Positions 9,307 to 20,372 of a stretch of 64,000 bases of DNA are shown one piece after another. Source of the stretch: Methanomassiliicoccaceae archaeon (GTDB lineage: Archaea > Thermoplasmatota > Thermoplasmata > Methanomassiliicoccales > Methanomassiliicoccaceae). Under the pieces are notes generated by a model, which had not been told where the DNA came from, did no database searches, and saw nothing but the letters and a program-made list of their open reading frames with translations. The translations under genes were made by a program, and so were the position numbers. The stretch lies in assembly GCA_963728405.1 (NCBI GenBank), contig CAVSJV010000005.1:1-64000 (forward strand), read 5' to 3'. Each line of letters starts with the position of its first letter. The stretch's first letter is position 1.

Positions 9307-10763
9307 TCATTTTCCAGGGATGGTAAAATAGAAGGTGGACCCTTTCCCAGGCTCCGAATCGAACCACACTTCCCCACCGTGGCGCTCCACGATCCTTTTC
9401 ACCAAAGCCAGCCCAATGCCCGTCCCCTCATACTCCTGTTGAGAATGGAGCCGCGAGAACATATTGAAGAGCTTGTCCTTGTACGCGGGGTCTATGCCTA
9501 TTCCATTATCCCTCACACCAAACTGCCAAAAACCGTCCTTCCTTTCTGCCGACACATGGACCCGGGGGCTCTCCTTTCCGCGGAACTTTATGGCATTCGC
9601 GATGAGATTCTGAAGTAGCTCGACCATCTGGATGGGCGCGGCGTTGATCACCGGCAGCCTATCGTGGGTAATGGTTGCACCGGAGCTAAGTATCGAGGCA
9701 GCCAGGTTCCTTTGCACCTGCTCGAGGCTCAGGTTCATATCCGTAGGTTCATGTTGCTCCCCACCTTGGGACACCTGTGAGTACTGCAGTAGGTCCTCGA
9801 TCAGGGCGGCCATGTACTTGCTGCCGTTCACCGCGTTCTCGATGTATCTCTCGGCCTTTTCGTCCAATACCCGGCCCTTGTATCGATCCCCCAGTAGTTC
9901 CATGAACGATGATATCGTGGCCAGGGGTTGCCGAAGATCGTGCGATGCGGCGTAGGCGAACTGCTGCAGGTCGGCGTTGGACCGCTGGAGTTCGTTCTTC
10001 AGCTCCGCTATCTCGGTTATGTCTAGATAGGCCACGACCCCGCCCCGCAGGTTATCATCTCCTCCCCTGATCGGTGCGGCGGATATGAGGAGGGTCTTTT
10101 GGCCCCCATCTGAAAAAAGATGTCTACCTGCTCATCACTGATGGACGCTCCCTGGAGCAACCGGCTTATCGCATAGTTTTCGGGCCCGACCCTCTCTTTG
10201 GTTCCAGACCGGTACATCTCACCAGCGATCTCCACACTCGGCTGGGGCGGCCGTCCCTTCCAAAGCGCCTGAGCGGGAGGATTGGAGATCATGGGGGTGC
10301 CTTTGACATCATAGACAAGAAGGGGAATGGGGGCCGTATCGATCACCCCCAGCAGATACTGGCGCCCCTCCTCGGCCCGCTTGCCATAATCGAAGATCAG
10401 TTGCTCGTACTTTATTCTGATAATGACAAAGTAGGTAGTGATCAGAACGAGAAATAACGAGGTTGCGCGATTGAAGATGCTAGCCGCCTCGTCACCAGGT
10501 GGGGATATGAAAAAACCCAGTGAGATCGCTGGTATGGACAATAGTGCAATGGCGATCGTCACATTACGATTTCGTAGATACTGGCTCAGTATTATGGGTA
10601 CTATGTAAAGGAATCCGATCCCAAAGCCTTTGGGAACAAGAACATCCAGGACCGTGGCAACAAGGAAGCTCAGGACGATCGCACCAATGATTATGACAAC
10701 ATTTCGCCGAACTAGTAATGAGATATCTTGCACTGATGTATGTTGTCGTCCATCATCGGTCAT
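9307..10763 (-). CDS. Membrane sensor histidine kinase with PAS domain (frameshift near 10110)
   Basis: N-terminal TM helices and PAS in ORF 10023..10763. H-box FAYAASHDLRQPL, N-box NLIANAIKF, G-boxes DNGIGI and GTGIGL in 9307..10035. Break lies at an A6 run. Confidence 0.85.
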
Positions 10764-10984
10764 AATACTAAGTTGCTAAACCAGTATATTTTTTTCACGA
10801 TGATCTTGTTGCTCTTACTGCTGGAGCTAGCGTCTTTTTTTTATGTCATTCACATACTTCGAGAGTCGTTCCTCGAACCATCACGAAACCAGACCGGTCG
10901 CCTAAAGCAGGAGAACGAGAGATGAAAGGAACGTCTGCCCTCAATGGGAGGTAATGAGCATATCTACGGGTTCGGGATCTTGGA

Positions 10985-11170
10985 TTGCATCGGATCGAAG
11001 CAAACCCGTTAGCGATCAATGGGCCCTCTCAATATCTCCTGCTCAAGCTCGGCTTCAAACTCGAAGGCACCTTGCGCCAGCGCAGCTTCTTTCACGACCA
11101 ATATTATGATCAGCTGTACTTTGGATCGCTCGATAAGGAATGGATGGACCGACGCATTGGCCTCGGTTGA
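10985..11170 (+). pseudogene. C-terminal fragment of a RimJ/RimL-type GNAT acetyltransferase
   Basis: LHRIEA...N.PS..LL.KLGFKLEGTLRQ...YYDQLYFG.L..EW; N-terminal half absent. Confidence 0.65.
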
Positions 11171-11444
11171 GCCCACTCTCATCATACTCTTTTCGAGTTA
11201 TCGTTGTCCCCGGTCGCCCCACAGGTAAGTATGATCGGATTTGGCAACATGCCTTTGATCCAATGGCCAGAGACCACTCGATAAAGTTCAAAGGTCAGAT
11301 TTTTCCCCATTGTCGTTGAAGAACCTCTCGGGAGAGGCCGAATATCCTCACTTTTTTCATTTCCCCCGTTGACGAGGGCCTATGACCAACGGCGGCCTAG
11401 TGGTCTCCAGGGCGAGTGCCCTGCTCAATTAACAGAGCTACAAG

Positions 11445-11660
11445 GTGATCTCATTGAACACATCGACCAGCAACCCAGCAATGGACGAACCCCTTATTCC
11501 ATGGTATGTGAACGGCGTGGTGGCCATCATCTGCGCGGCGGTGCTGATCGCACTCGTTGCCCTCGGCATCCTCTCCTACGCCCTGCTTTACTACATGGTT
11601 CGGGGAAAGGTGGCGGAGTGGCGAGCGAAGGGCGTGGAACAGGGAGCGTCAAGCACCTGA
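11445..11660 (+). CDS. Small single-TM hypothetical protein
   Basis: One long hydrophobic segment followed by basic residues. Confidence 0.4.
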   Translation: MISLNTSTSNPAMDEPLIPWYVNGVVAIICAAVLIALVALGILSYALLYYMVRGKVAEWRAKGVEQGASST

Positions 11661-11826
11661 ACGAACTGGCCTGGCCATCTACCTTTCCCTTTCATTTTTA
11701 CCGAAGAACAAGGAGCTGACCGTCGCCCCATCCGAACGACCATCCTATCCTCCCCCGCCCTAGCGGTCCGGCTAAGCATCCAGGGTTAACCTTTATAGTG
11801 GAGCATATTGAATCTGTGACGAGACG

Positions 11827-13245
11827 ATGAATTCGAAGATCCTCACTCTCAGCAACGAGCTCAATGCGAACTTTAAGGAACGGGACGATGAGATCGCCGG
11901 TTCGCTTCTGGCCATGATCTCCGGCGAGCATGTCCTGTTCATCGGTCCCCCCGGCACGGCCAAGAGCATGCTGGCTAGGGAGATGTGCAAGGCCATCGAA
12001 AAAGGCGACTTCTTTTACTACCTGCTCACTCGGTTCACCACTCCCGACGAGATCTTTGGGCCGCTGTCCCTCAGTTCGCTTCAGGAGGACATCTTCAGCC
12101 GCAAGGTCGACGGGTACCTCCCATCGGCCAACGTCTCCTTCCTGGACGAGATCTTCAAGGCCAACTCGTCGATCCTGAACTCCCTGCTGACGATCCTCAA
12201 CGAGCGCAAATACCACAACGGTTCGGAGATCCTGGACGTGCCGCTGTTCTCGGTGTTCGGCGCTTCTAACGAACTACCGGAGGAGAACGAGTCGCTCGAG
12301 GCGCTGTACGATCGCTTCCTGTTCCGTTACTATGTCGGCTACGTTCAGGACGAGACCAACTTCGTCGAGCTGATCCTGGGCCACGCCGAGGACTTCGTCC
12401 CATCGGTGCGATTGACCATCGACGAGATCAGGACGCTGCATAGCGGGGCGTCCCAGGTGCCGCTGGACGACGATGTCCTTGATACGTTCGTCGCCCTAAG
12501 GAAGGAGTTCCGTTCCACGGGCGTTACGGTCTCCGATCGCCGGTGGAAGAAGATGGTGTGGGTCCTGAGGGTCGCCGCTCTGGCGCTCGGACGCAAGAGC
12601 GTGGACAAGACCATGGTGCCGCTGCTCCAGCACATGACCTGGAACCGGCCGGAGGAGAGGACCACCATCCGGACAAAGCTCATCGACATGGCCGTTTCCG
12701 GGGGTGTCAACCTCGAGCGGACCCAGAAGGACCTCAAGGACCTCCACGCCTCGGCCATCCTGATCAAGGATTTCACCCTCCCCCAGACGGTGACCTGCCG
12801 TTCCTGCGAAGCCACGTTCATACATTGGAAGGAGCTGCAGCACCACGCCTCCAACCATCCCGATCACGCCTACACCTTACCGGGGAGCGACGAGCAGTAC
12901 CAGGTGAGGAAGCACAAGGTGTCCCCGCGCCTATTGCCCAACTTCGTGGAGCTGTTCGCATCCTGGGGGCAGCCGGTAGTGCTGACCATGCCTGCCAAGG
13001 AGAAGGAGCTCTACCTCGGGGAGGTCGAGGACTTCAAGGATGACCTGGGAACGTTGGAGGTCGACCTGGACAAAGAGCGCGCGCTCCTGGTGGACCGGCT
13101 CTCGGACAATCTCTGGTTGACCCGTAAGGACCGCGAGGAAGTGCTGGCCCAATATGATGCCAAGACCCGGGCCATGGCCGAGATGAAAAGGATGCTCGCC
13201 GAGACCAAGGCGGTCATCCGGTCCGAGGACCGCGTGGAACCCTGA
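11827..13245 (+). CDS. ravA: MoxR-family AAA+ ATPase, RavA-like
   Basis: GPPGTAKS, YYLLTRFTTPDEIFGP, FLDEIFKANSSILNSLLTILNE, ASNELP, ALYDRF, VSDRRW; adjacent VWA gene. Confidence 0.88.
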   Translation: MNSKILTLSNELNANFKERDDEIAGSLLAMISGEHVLFIGPPGTAKSMLAREMCKAIEKGDFFYYLLTRFTTPDEIFGPLSLSSLQEDIFSRKVDGYLPSANVSFLDEIFKANSSILNSLLTILNERKYHNGSEILDVPLFSVFGASNELPEENESLEALYDRFLFRYYVGYVQDETNFVELILGHAEDFVPSVRLTIDEIRTLHSGASQVPLDDDVLDTFVALRKEFRSTGVTVSDRRWKKMVWVLRVAALALGRKSVDKTMVPLLQHMTWNRPEERTTIRTKLIDMAVSGGVNLERTQKDLKDLHASAILIKDFTLPQTVTCRSCEATFIHWKELQHHASNHPDHAYTLPGSDEQYQVRKHKVSPRLLPNFVELFASWGQPVVLTMPAKEKELYLGEVEDFKDDLGTLEVDLDKERALLVDRLSDNLWLTRKDREEVLAQYDAKTRAMAEMKRMLAETKAVIRSEDRVEP

Positions 13246-13253
13246 GGTCCTAG

Positions 13254-14723
13254 ATGGCCGAAGGAAGCGGGGTGCGGTGGCGAAAGGCCATGGGCGACGA
13301 TTCGGTGCGCCTGGTAACCGGACGGCCTAGGCGTATCCCCCGGCGCAAGAGGGAGGAGATCGCTACCATCCTAGCCCAGGAACTGATCGACACGCGGGCG
13401 GTCATCGACGTCAAGCGTCATGCCGCCCGTTACGGAGCGTTCCATGTGCTGCTCCGATCGTTGAAGGACACCGAGGAATGGAACAGGCTGCGAGAGATGG
13501 CCGCCAAGAGCGATATTATCGCCACGTTATCATTGAGGTCCCTGACCGCGGTCACCCTGGATATCCTGGACCGGACGACCCCTCTCCCCGCCGAGAGCGA
13601 GGAGGAGAAGAACCTGAACGGCCTGGTGGCGTTGACGCTGATCGCCTGGCAGCAGCGTACCAGCGTGGGGACGGAGGGGCTGTCCCGGGGCGTGGAGGAG
13701 TTCGAGCTATCCGACACCAGGGGCGAGGCGAGGGCCTCTCTCCGGGAGGTGCTGGGGGAGAGACTGGACCCCGTGGTCGTGGAGATGAGGACCTACATGG
13801 AGATGCTGGCCATGATGAAGCGGATGCTGCCCTCCGGCGATGACGAGACCTTCGTGGAGGAGGTATTCCTGGCCTACATGAAGGACGTCGGCCGCATGTC
13901 CGAACTGCTTCGGCGCAGCAAGGAGCTGCAGCATATCATCGACCTCATGGGCAAGCTCGATGTCGAGTACGGCGCCAAGCAGGAAAGGGCCAAGCACTTT
14001 ACCACCTCGGAGGCCTACGACCTCGGGTTATCCAAGGACGTCCGGCATGTGCTGCCGGTCGAGCTCCTGAAGTTGAAGGTGCCGATCCTGCGGGTACTGT
14101 TCTTCTCCCAGATGCTGGAAGGGGAGCTGCTCACCTATCAGCTGCGCGGCCTGGACTGGTCGGACGCGCCGGACAACAAGAAGAAGGGGCCGGTCATCGC
14201 GCTGATCGATGCGTCGGGTTCGATGAGCGGGGAGCCGGAGCTGCTGGCGAAAGCGTTCATCCTCATGCTGGCCAAGCGCATGGAGCGGGAGAATAGGGAT
14301 ATCAAGGTCATCCTGTTCGCCGCAGCGGACTGGAAACTGGAGATCAGCCTGGTGGACAAGAAGAAGGTCGCCCAGAACCTGCTCGACACGATCTGCCGGC
14401 ACTTCGAGGGTTACACTGACTTCAATTCGGCGCTACGGGTGGGACTGGACGCGGTCAAGGGGAAGCAGTGGCACGGGGCGGACGTGCTGTTCTTCACCGA
14501 CGGCGAGTCGCAGGTGTCCGATGAGAACCTGGTCCGTGATTGGAACGAGTTCAAGCATAGGACCAAGTCGAGGATCTACACGCTCATCGTCAACTCGGAC
14601 CAGGCCGGCGGCCTGGAGCGGGTCTCCGATCACCTATGGACCCTGCCTACGGGGACGTGGAGCGTCGAGGGGAGCCCATCGAACATAATCAAGCTCATCG
14701 CCAAGGGCGGCAGCACGACCTAA
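13254..14723 (+). CDS. viaA: VWA-domain partner protein, ViaA-like
   Basis: D...VLPVEL motif, KGPVIALIDASGSMSG MIDAS, TDFNSAL, ADVLFFTDGE. Confidence 0.82.
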   Translation: MAEGSGVRWRKAMGDDSVRLVTGRPRRIPRRKREEIATILAQELIDTRAVIDVKRHAARYGAFHVLLRSLKDTEEWNRLREMAAKSDIIATLSLRSLTAVTLDILDRTTPLPAESEEEKNLNGLVALTLIAWQQRTSVGTEGLSRGVEEFELSDTRGEARASLREVLGERLDPVVVEMRTYMEMLAMMKRMLPSGDDETFVEEVFLAYMKDVGRMSELLRRSKELQHIIDLMGKLDVEYGAKQERAKHFTTSEAYDLGLSKDVRHVLPVELLKLKVPILRVLFFSQMLEGELLTYQLRGLDWSDAPDNKKKGPVIALIDASGSMSGEPELLAKAFILMLAKRMERENRDIKVILFAAADWKLEISLVDKKKVAQNLLDTICRHFEGYTDFNSALRVGLDAVKGKQWHGADVLFFTDGESQVSDENLVRDWNEFKHRTKSRIYTLIVNSDQAGGLERVSDHLWTLPTGTWSVEGSPSNIIKLIAKGGSTT

Positions 14724-15132
14724 CGCTCCCAAGGGCGGAGCGTATAACTGTCCGCTCACGGGACCTGAAGGTAGAGCACGAAGGCCACCGTGACGATGGC
14801 GATCTCCAAGGCGATGCACAAGACGGTCAAGGTCAACTTGTTCAAAGCGACCACCTGCGGACCAGGGATCTGGCGCTCTTTCATTGGAGCCGCCGATAAG
14901 TAAACTTTGCTGGCCGTTGATCGCTCTTGCGTGTGGAAGCTCCCGGGAACCAATTTCAAATACCTGTTCGCTCATTTTCGACACTAGGATGGAACCGATG
15001 AGCCGCGGAAATATCATCGAACCAAGAATTTTCCTCTTCCGCAGCTTCAGCTTTGCGTTTTGATGGCCTGCCATAGGTAATATCGGCAGGCCTCCCACAT
15101 TTCTCCATCCCTGAACCTCGAGGTGACATGAG

Positions 15133-15930
15133 ATGAGCTATACTGGAAAAGCAGTGCGCTTGGAAAGGATCATGGACCGCCAGACCTGGAGGACGATCGT
15201 CGTCCCCATGGACCACGGTATGAGCGTAGGCCCCATCGAGGGCCTCGTGGACATGGCCGGCAGCGTAGACAAGGTGGCGGAGGGTGGTGCGAACGCCGTC
15301 CTCGGTCACATCGGCCTGCCGTTGTACGGCCACCGCCGGTCCGGCAAGGACATCGGGCTGATCATGCACTTGTCAGCCAGCACTTCCTTGTCTCCTGACC
15401 CGAACAACAAGGTGTTGGTAACGCCGGTGGAGGAGGCACTCAAGATGGGTGCCGACGCCGTGTCGGTGCACATCAATATCGGGGCGGAGACGGAGAGCGA
15501 GATGCTGCAGGCGCTCGGTTTGACCGCAGCCCGGTGCCGAGAGTGGGGCATGCCCCTCCTGGCCATGATGTATCCGAGGGGCCGAAAGGTCGATTCGGAG
15601 ACCTCGGTCGACCATGTCAAGATCGCCGCCCGGGCCGCTGCCGAGCTGGGCGTGGACATCGTGAAGACCAACTACACCGGGAGCGTGGAGTCGTTCCGGG
15701 AGGTGACCCGGGGCTGCCCCGTCCCGGTGGTGGTGGCCGGCGGGCCTCGGATGGGCACGACCCAGCAGATACTGGAGATGGTCCACGGGTCCGTCGAGGC
15801 CGGAGGGGCCGGTGTGGCCATCGGTCGTAACGTCTTCCAGGCCGAAGACCCGGTCAAGATGGTCCGGGCGATATCTGCCATAGTGCACCACGGCCGTTCG
15901 GTGGAGGAAGCGATCGAAGAGCTTGTCTAG
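15133..15930 (+). CDS. aroA': 2-amino-3,7-dideoxy-D-threo-hept-6-ulosonate synthase (DhnA-type class I aldolase)
   Basis: [61 protein letters not shown]. Confidence 0.85.
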   Translation: MSYTGKAVRLERIMDRQTWRTIVVPMDHGMSVGPIEGLVDMAGSVDKVAEGGANAVLGHIGLPLYGHRRSGKDIGLIMHLSASTSLSPDPNNKVLVTPVEEALKMGADAVSVHINIGAETESEMLQALGLTAARCREWGMPLLAMMYPRGRKVDSETSVDHVKIAARAAAELGVDIVKTNYTGSVESFREVTRGCPVPVVVAGGPRMGTTQQILEMVHGSVEAGGAGVAIGRNVFQAEDPVKMVRAISAIVHHGRSVEEAIEELV

Positions 15931-15964
15931 AGCTCGTTCTCCCCCCGGGTGGGAAGGGCGTCGT

Positions 15965-16708
15965 TCATCTTTCCCTCCACCGGGACCTCCTGATACCTAT
16001 CCAAAGGAACACCGCGGTCGTAGCTAGTAGGATGATCCAGTCCAGGAACATGGCGCCATAAGATATGGGGAAGAATCCCCCCAGGTCCTGCGAGATCTGG
16101 GCGGCGTAGGTGGTCGGGGAGAGGTAAGCGACGTACCGGAACGGTTCGGGAATGAGCTCGATGGGGTAGTATACGGGAGCGAGGGTCGAGAACAGGACGG
16201 TCAGGAGGCGGGAGAAGGCAAAGCTCTGCACGATGTCCGAGGATACCGTCGCCAGGGCGAACCCCAGGGACACCGAGGTCAGGAACATCAGCAGGAGGAC
16301 GATTACGATGCCCATCACATTTACGAACGGGATGTGGATGTACATCGCGAACAGGACGGCCAAGATCAATATGGCCGGGGATGAGTAGATCAGCTCGGAG
16401 ATGGCCATGCCAGAAACGTAGGTGACGGCGCTGGTTGGCGAGCTGACCACCATCTCCTGCAGCTTGAAATCGTTCTTGAAGTGCGACAGGTCGGCCTGCA
16501 GGAAGGTCCCGGCCTGGAACATGGTCATGATCAGCCCTCCCAGGATCGCCACTCCCAACAGCGCCCCCCCGCTGACGAAGAAGATCAGGATCAGGAAGGA
16601 AAGGGGCGACAGGACGGTGTTGATCAGGATGACGGGATAGCTCTTCATCTCGTAGATGGCGTTCACCATGATTGAGGCCAGGAGCTGGCTGCTCAATCGG
16701 CTCATCAT
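15965..16708 (-). CDS. ABC-2 type permease
   Basis: About 6 TM, APVYYPIELIP...YLSPTTYA; coupled to the upstream ATPase. Confidence 0.85.
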   Translation of the reverse strand: MMSRLSSQLLASIMVNAIYEMKSYPVILINTVLSPLSFLILIFFVSGGALLGVAILGGLIMTMFQAGTFLQADLSHFKNDFKLQEMVVSSPTSAVTYVSGMAISELIYSSPAILILAVLFAMYIHIPFVNVMGIVIVLLLMFLTSVSLGFALATVSSDIVQSFAFSRLLTVLFSTLAPVYYPIELIPEPFRYVAYLSPTTYAAQISQDLGGFFPISYGAMFLDWIILLATTAVFLWIGIRRSRWRER

Positions 16709-17632
16709 TCCTCCCCGGTGCCGTTGTCAGAGGTGAGGGTCCTGCCCACTATCTGGTAGAAGATGTCGTCGAGGGTGATCGGGTTCACCGCGAACTGGAT
16801 GTTCTGGGCGATGAGGGCTCTCGACAGATCCATGGCCTCCTCTTTGGTGGTCATTATCTGGGTCCTGCCGTCCCGGCCCACCATGCTCTCTCCCTCGAGC
16901 GGAGGGAGGCCCGCTCCCTGGAGCGACCCGCAGGCTGTACTGATGTCTCATCCGGGAGCGCAGGTCGTCCATGTTCCCCAGCGCCAGTAACTTTCCGTCA
17001 TCGAGTATCCCGATGCGGTCGGCCACCTGCTCTGCCTCCTCGAGATAGTGGGTAGTGAGGAACAGGAAGCGCTCCCTGCTCAGGCTGGTCAGGACGTTCC
17101 AGAGTTCCTGCCGGGAGATGGGGTCCAGGCCGGTGCTGGGTTCGTCCAGGAAGATGTAGTCCGCCCCGGAGGCGATGACCATGGCCACCAGGACCTTCCT
17201 TTTCATACCACCGGACAGGGTGCTATTGAGGCGGTCGGCGTGGCTCTGGAGCCCGACCTGCGCTACCGAATCCACCGCCCGGCGACGCGCGTCCTTGTAG
17301 GTCGATCCTCGCCATAGGAGGTAGGACGAGATCATCTGGACCGGGGTCATCCAGGGGATGGTCCTCCCCTCCTGGGGGACCACCGCCATCCTTTCCCGGA
17401 GCTTCTTGGCGTCGGCCATGACGTCCAGCCCATCGATGGTGGCCCTCCCCGAGCTAGGTTCGAGCAACGTCGAGAGTATGCGGGCCAGGGTGGTCTTTCC
17501 GGCTCCGTTGCGGCCGATCAGGGCGAAAATGCCGCTGGCCGGAATGGTAAAAGAGATCGACGACAGCGCTCGCTTCCGATCATTATAGGTCTTGGTGACG
17601 TCCACACACGAGATCTCGCCGGTCCGGGTCAT
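16705..17632 (-). CDS. ABC transporter ATP-binding protein (frameshift near 16900)
   Basis: GRNGAGKTT, LSGGMKRK, FLDEPSTGLDP, TTHYLEEAE. Shifted frame supplies PITLDDIFYQIV and an ATGA overlap with the permease. Confidence 0.88.
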
Positions 17633-17839
17633 GGTCCTCTTCCGAGATAGATGGGTCAAACAATATGACCATTCCACCCTGAAAAAAGTTGTCCAGGCCC
17701 ATCAGGATAGGTCGCGAGTGCAGGCATGGATGCTATGATCCCCATTTACGGTCGCCCGTTCCTGTCGGGTACGAATTCTATAGTTGTAGAATATTTATCT
17801 TATATTCTAGTAAAATAGAACACCGAGGAGGAAAATCCT

Positions 17840-18149
17840 ATGGTGGTAATGCAGGTGACAAGCCACCCCGCAGAGCTGTGCCTGACACATGAAAGCAAGT
17901 ACCGCGTTCTCACCATCAACTGGAACGAGAAGATCGAAGCGATCGCGGCCAAGTTCGGCGTCAAGTTAGTAGGATCCCATATGATGACCACCCCGCTCGT
18001 ACCGTGTACGTCCTCTACGATACGCCCAGCATGGACAATCTGATGGCCATGATGATGGACCCCGAGGTCTTTGCCCCCAGGCCTTCTGTATCAGGAGGGT
18101 CTTCCCGGTGTTCGATCACAAGCAGACCTTGTCCATTATCAAGCGCTGA
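17840..18149 (+). CDS. Small hypothetical protein (dimeric alpha/beta-barrel-like); two apparent frameshifts
   Basis: GAGGAGG RBS. HPAELC...KFGVKLVG, then YVLYDTPSMDNL and QAFCIRRVFPV in successive frames. Confidence 0.5.
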
Positions 18150-18524
18150 GCCAGGGCCGTTACTGATCTTTCCGAGGGGTTACTACCCCTCCGTCCTTTT
18201 TTCTAGGACTTAAGTTAGTTGCATAAATCGATGATGAACGACTGGATCGTATCGGAATATTTTTTCTTAATGTTCATTGGATGCCTGGGCACCATGCATC
18301 TTTGACTATTTTGTGTCATGAAATCTACTTTCAGGTATATTAGTAGTCTAAATACGGTTTATCGACGGAACGATCTGGCATTGGTGAAAATAATAAAATC
18401 GGATGAATTTCTGGGCAGTACTACTGGATGATTTATGCAACTAACTTCTAGGGCCTCTAAAATTTTAGTCGGGAGTAAAACATTTATCGTACACGGCCGT
18501 TCCCTGGGCATTCAGGTGGACATC

Positions 18525-19599
18525 TTGACCACAAGGATAGCGATCCTGGGAGGCTTCCTCGGAGCGGGGAAGACCACTCTAATGACCAAACTCGCGACCG
18601 ATCTCGCCAAGTCCGGCAAGAAATGTCGGGCTGATTACCAACGACCAGGGCGAGACGCTCGTCGACACCCAGTACTCCCGCTCGATGGGCTTTAACGTAG
18701 CCGAGGTCCTCCGAGGTTGCTTCTGCTGCCAGTTCAACGACTTCATCATGTCCGCCCGCAGCCTTGTCGCCGAGAACAAGCCGGATTTTGTCATCGCCGA
18801 ACCGGTGGGCAGCTGCACCGATCTCCTCGCCACCGTCGTGGCCCCGCTCAAGATCATGTACCAGAGCGAGTTCGAAGCGGCGCCTCTTATGATCTTGGTC
18901 GATGCCATCTCTCTGCTGGAGGGCTCCCCCGACCCGGGGACCCTCAACGGCTATCTGCGGCAGCATCAGATCGGGGAGGCCGAGATCGTCATCCTTTCGA
19001 AGGTCGATGGCGTGCCGGCCAAGAGCATCGAAGGCCTTAGAGAAAAGATCAGGGCGCTCAACCCCAACGTGGAGATAATCAACTATTCGGCCGTGACCGG
19101 TGAAGGGTTCGGCAGGATCATGGATGCGGTCACCTCCCAGAAGATATCGAACCACGCTCCAGTGGCCATAGACTATGACAAGTACGCGGCGGCGGAGGCG
19201 GAGTTGGGATGGTATAATGGCACCTTCCGGTTCAAACTCCCTGAGCGCACCGATTCCTACGACGTGGCGCTGAAGCTCATGGGCTATGTCTCATCACAGT
19301 ACGGGGACGGGGACATCGCCCACGTCAAGCTGATGCTCCAGTCCGAGAAGAACGCCCTCAAGATGAACCTGGTCAATCGAAATATGAACGTGGACGGGGT
19401 CAAAGGTTCTCGTTACGGCGAGGGCGAGAGCGTGTTGACGCTCAACGGACGTGTGGTCTCCGAACCGGCGAGGCTGAGCGAGGTCATGCGTGACGCGGTC
19501 AGGATGGCCTTGGATGCGCAGAGAGTGGACGTCACTGGCTTCGAGGACACCTGCTTCTCACCGTCCCGCCCGAACCCCACCCATCGGTTGACCCAGTGA
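18525..19599 (+). CDS. COG0523/CobW-family G3E metallochaperone GTPase (frameshift near 18620)
   Basis: GGFLGAGKTT, ITNDQG, GCFCC, AEPVGSCTDL, ILSKVD. Confidence 0.85.
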
Positions 19600-19715
19600 G
19601 CATCCGGGATACCCGGAGGGGCTAGGGCAACTAGGTAACGCCCCGCCCCTCCGATTGTTCTCATTATCTTATGAAAAGTCAAACTGTTAAATATTTGAGT
19701 CCCATTTCAAATATT

Positions 19716-20339
19716 ATGGCCTCGGGATGCCGGATAGAGATATCGTACATCAACCCGGAGACGTATACCAGCATCGTCAACCACGACCTCAGGAAATCCA
19801 TATTGCGCAACCTATACGCCATGGCCCTGGACCGGCCGGTCACCAAACAGGAACTGGCGGAGCGGGTCAAGATCGGCTATCATCAGCTCGTCTACCAACT
19901 GACCCACCAGCTGCAGGACTTCTGGAAGGTGGTCGATGAGAAGAAGGTGCGAGGGACCCGCCTGGAGTACATCGCTCCCGCGGCGCCGTCCTCGATCTAC
20001 ATCACCCTGGGCAAGGACGGCCGGGTGTTCGTGGTGGACCCGTTGGCCAATCTATTCGGTCCGCTGGCCAAGGTAGGCACAAGGTGCGACGGCTGCTCCA
20101 AGGATGACATGGAGCGGTGCCTCGGCCATGTCCGCTCCGGCTGCTGCTTCACTGCCGAGCCCACGGCCGAGGAGATAGGCATTCTGGAAGCTAACGGGAG
20201 GAAGCAGCCGTTGAGGCCGCTGGACCTGGCCATTCTGTGCTCGTTGAAGGGCATCTCCACAGGCAAGACCTGCTCGGTGAGCATTCCCTGCGAGAGCTGT
20301 CCTTTCATGCGGCGGGCCATCAAGATCGATGGCCTGTAG
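19716..20339 (+). CDS. ArsR-like winged-HTH protein with Cys-rich C-terminus
   Basis: LRKSILRNL...TKQELAERVKIGYHQLVYQL, then CDGC, GCC and CESC motifs. Confidence 0.65.
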   Translation: MASGCRIEISYINPETYTSIVNHDLRKSILRNLYAMALDRPVTKQELAERVKIGYHQLVYQLTHQLQDFWKVVDEKKVRGTRLEYIAPAAPSSIYITLGKDGRVFVVDPLANLFGPLAKVGTRCDGCSKDDMERCLGHVRSGCCFTAEPTAEEIGILEANGRKQPLRPLDLAILCSLKGISTGKTCSVSIPCESCPFMRRAIKIDGL

Positions 20340-20372
20340 ATTTCCGCGGCAAATGATATATCCCCACGGGAC

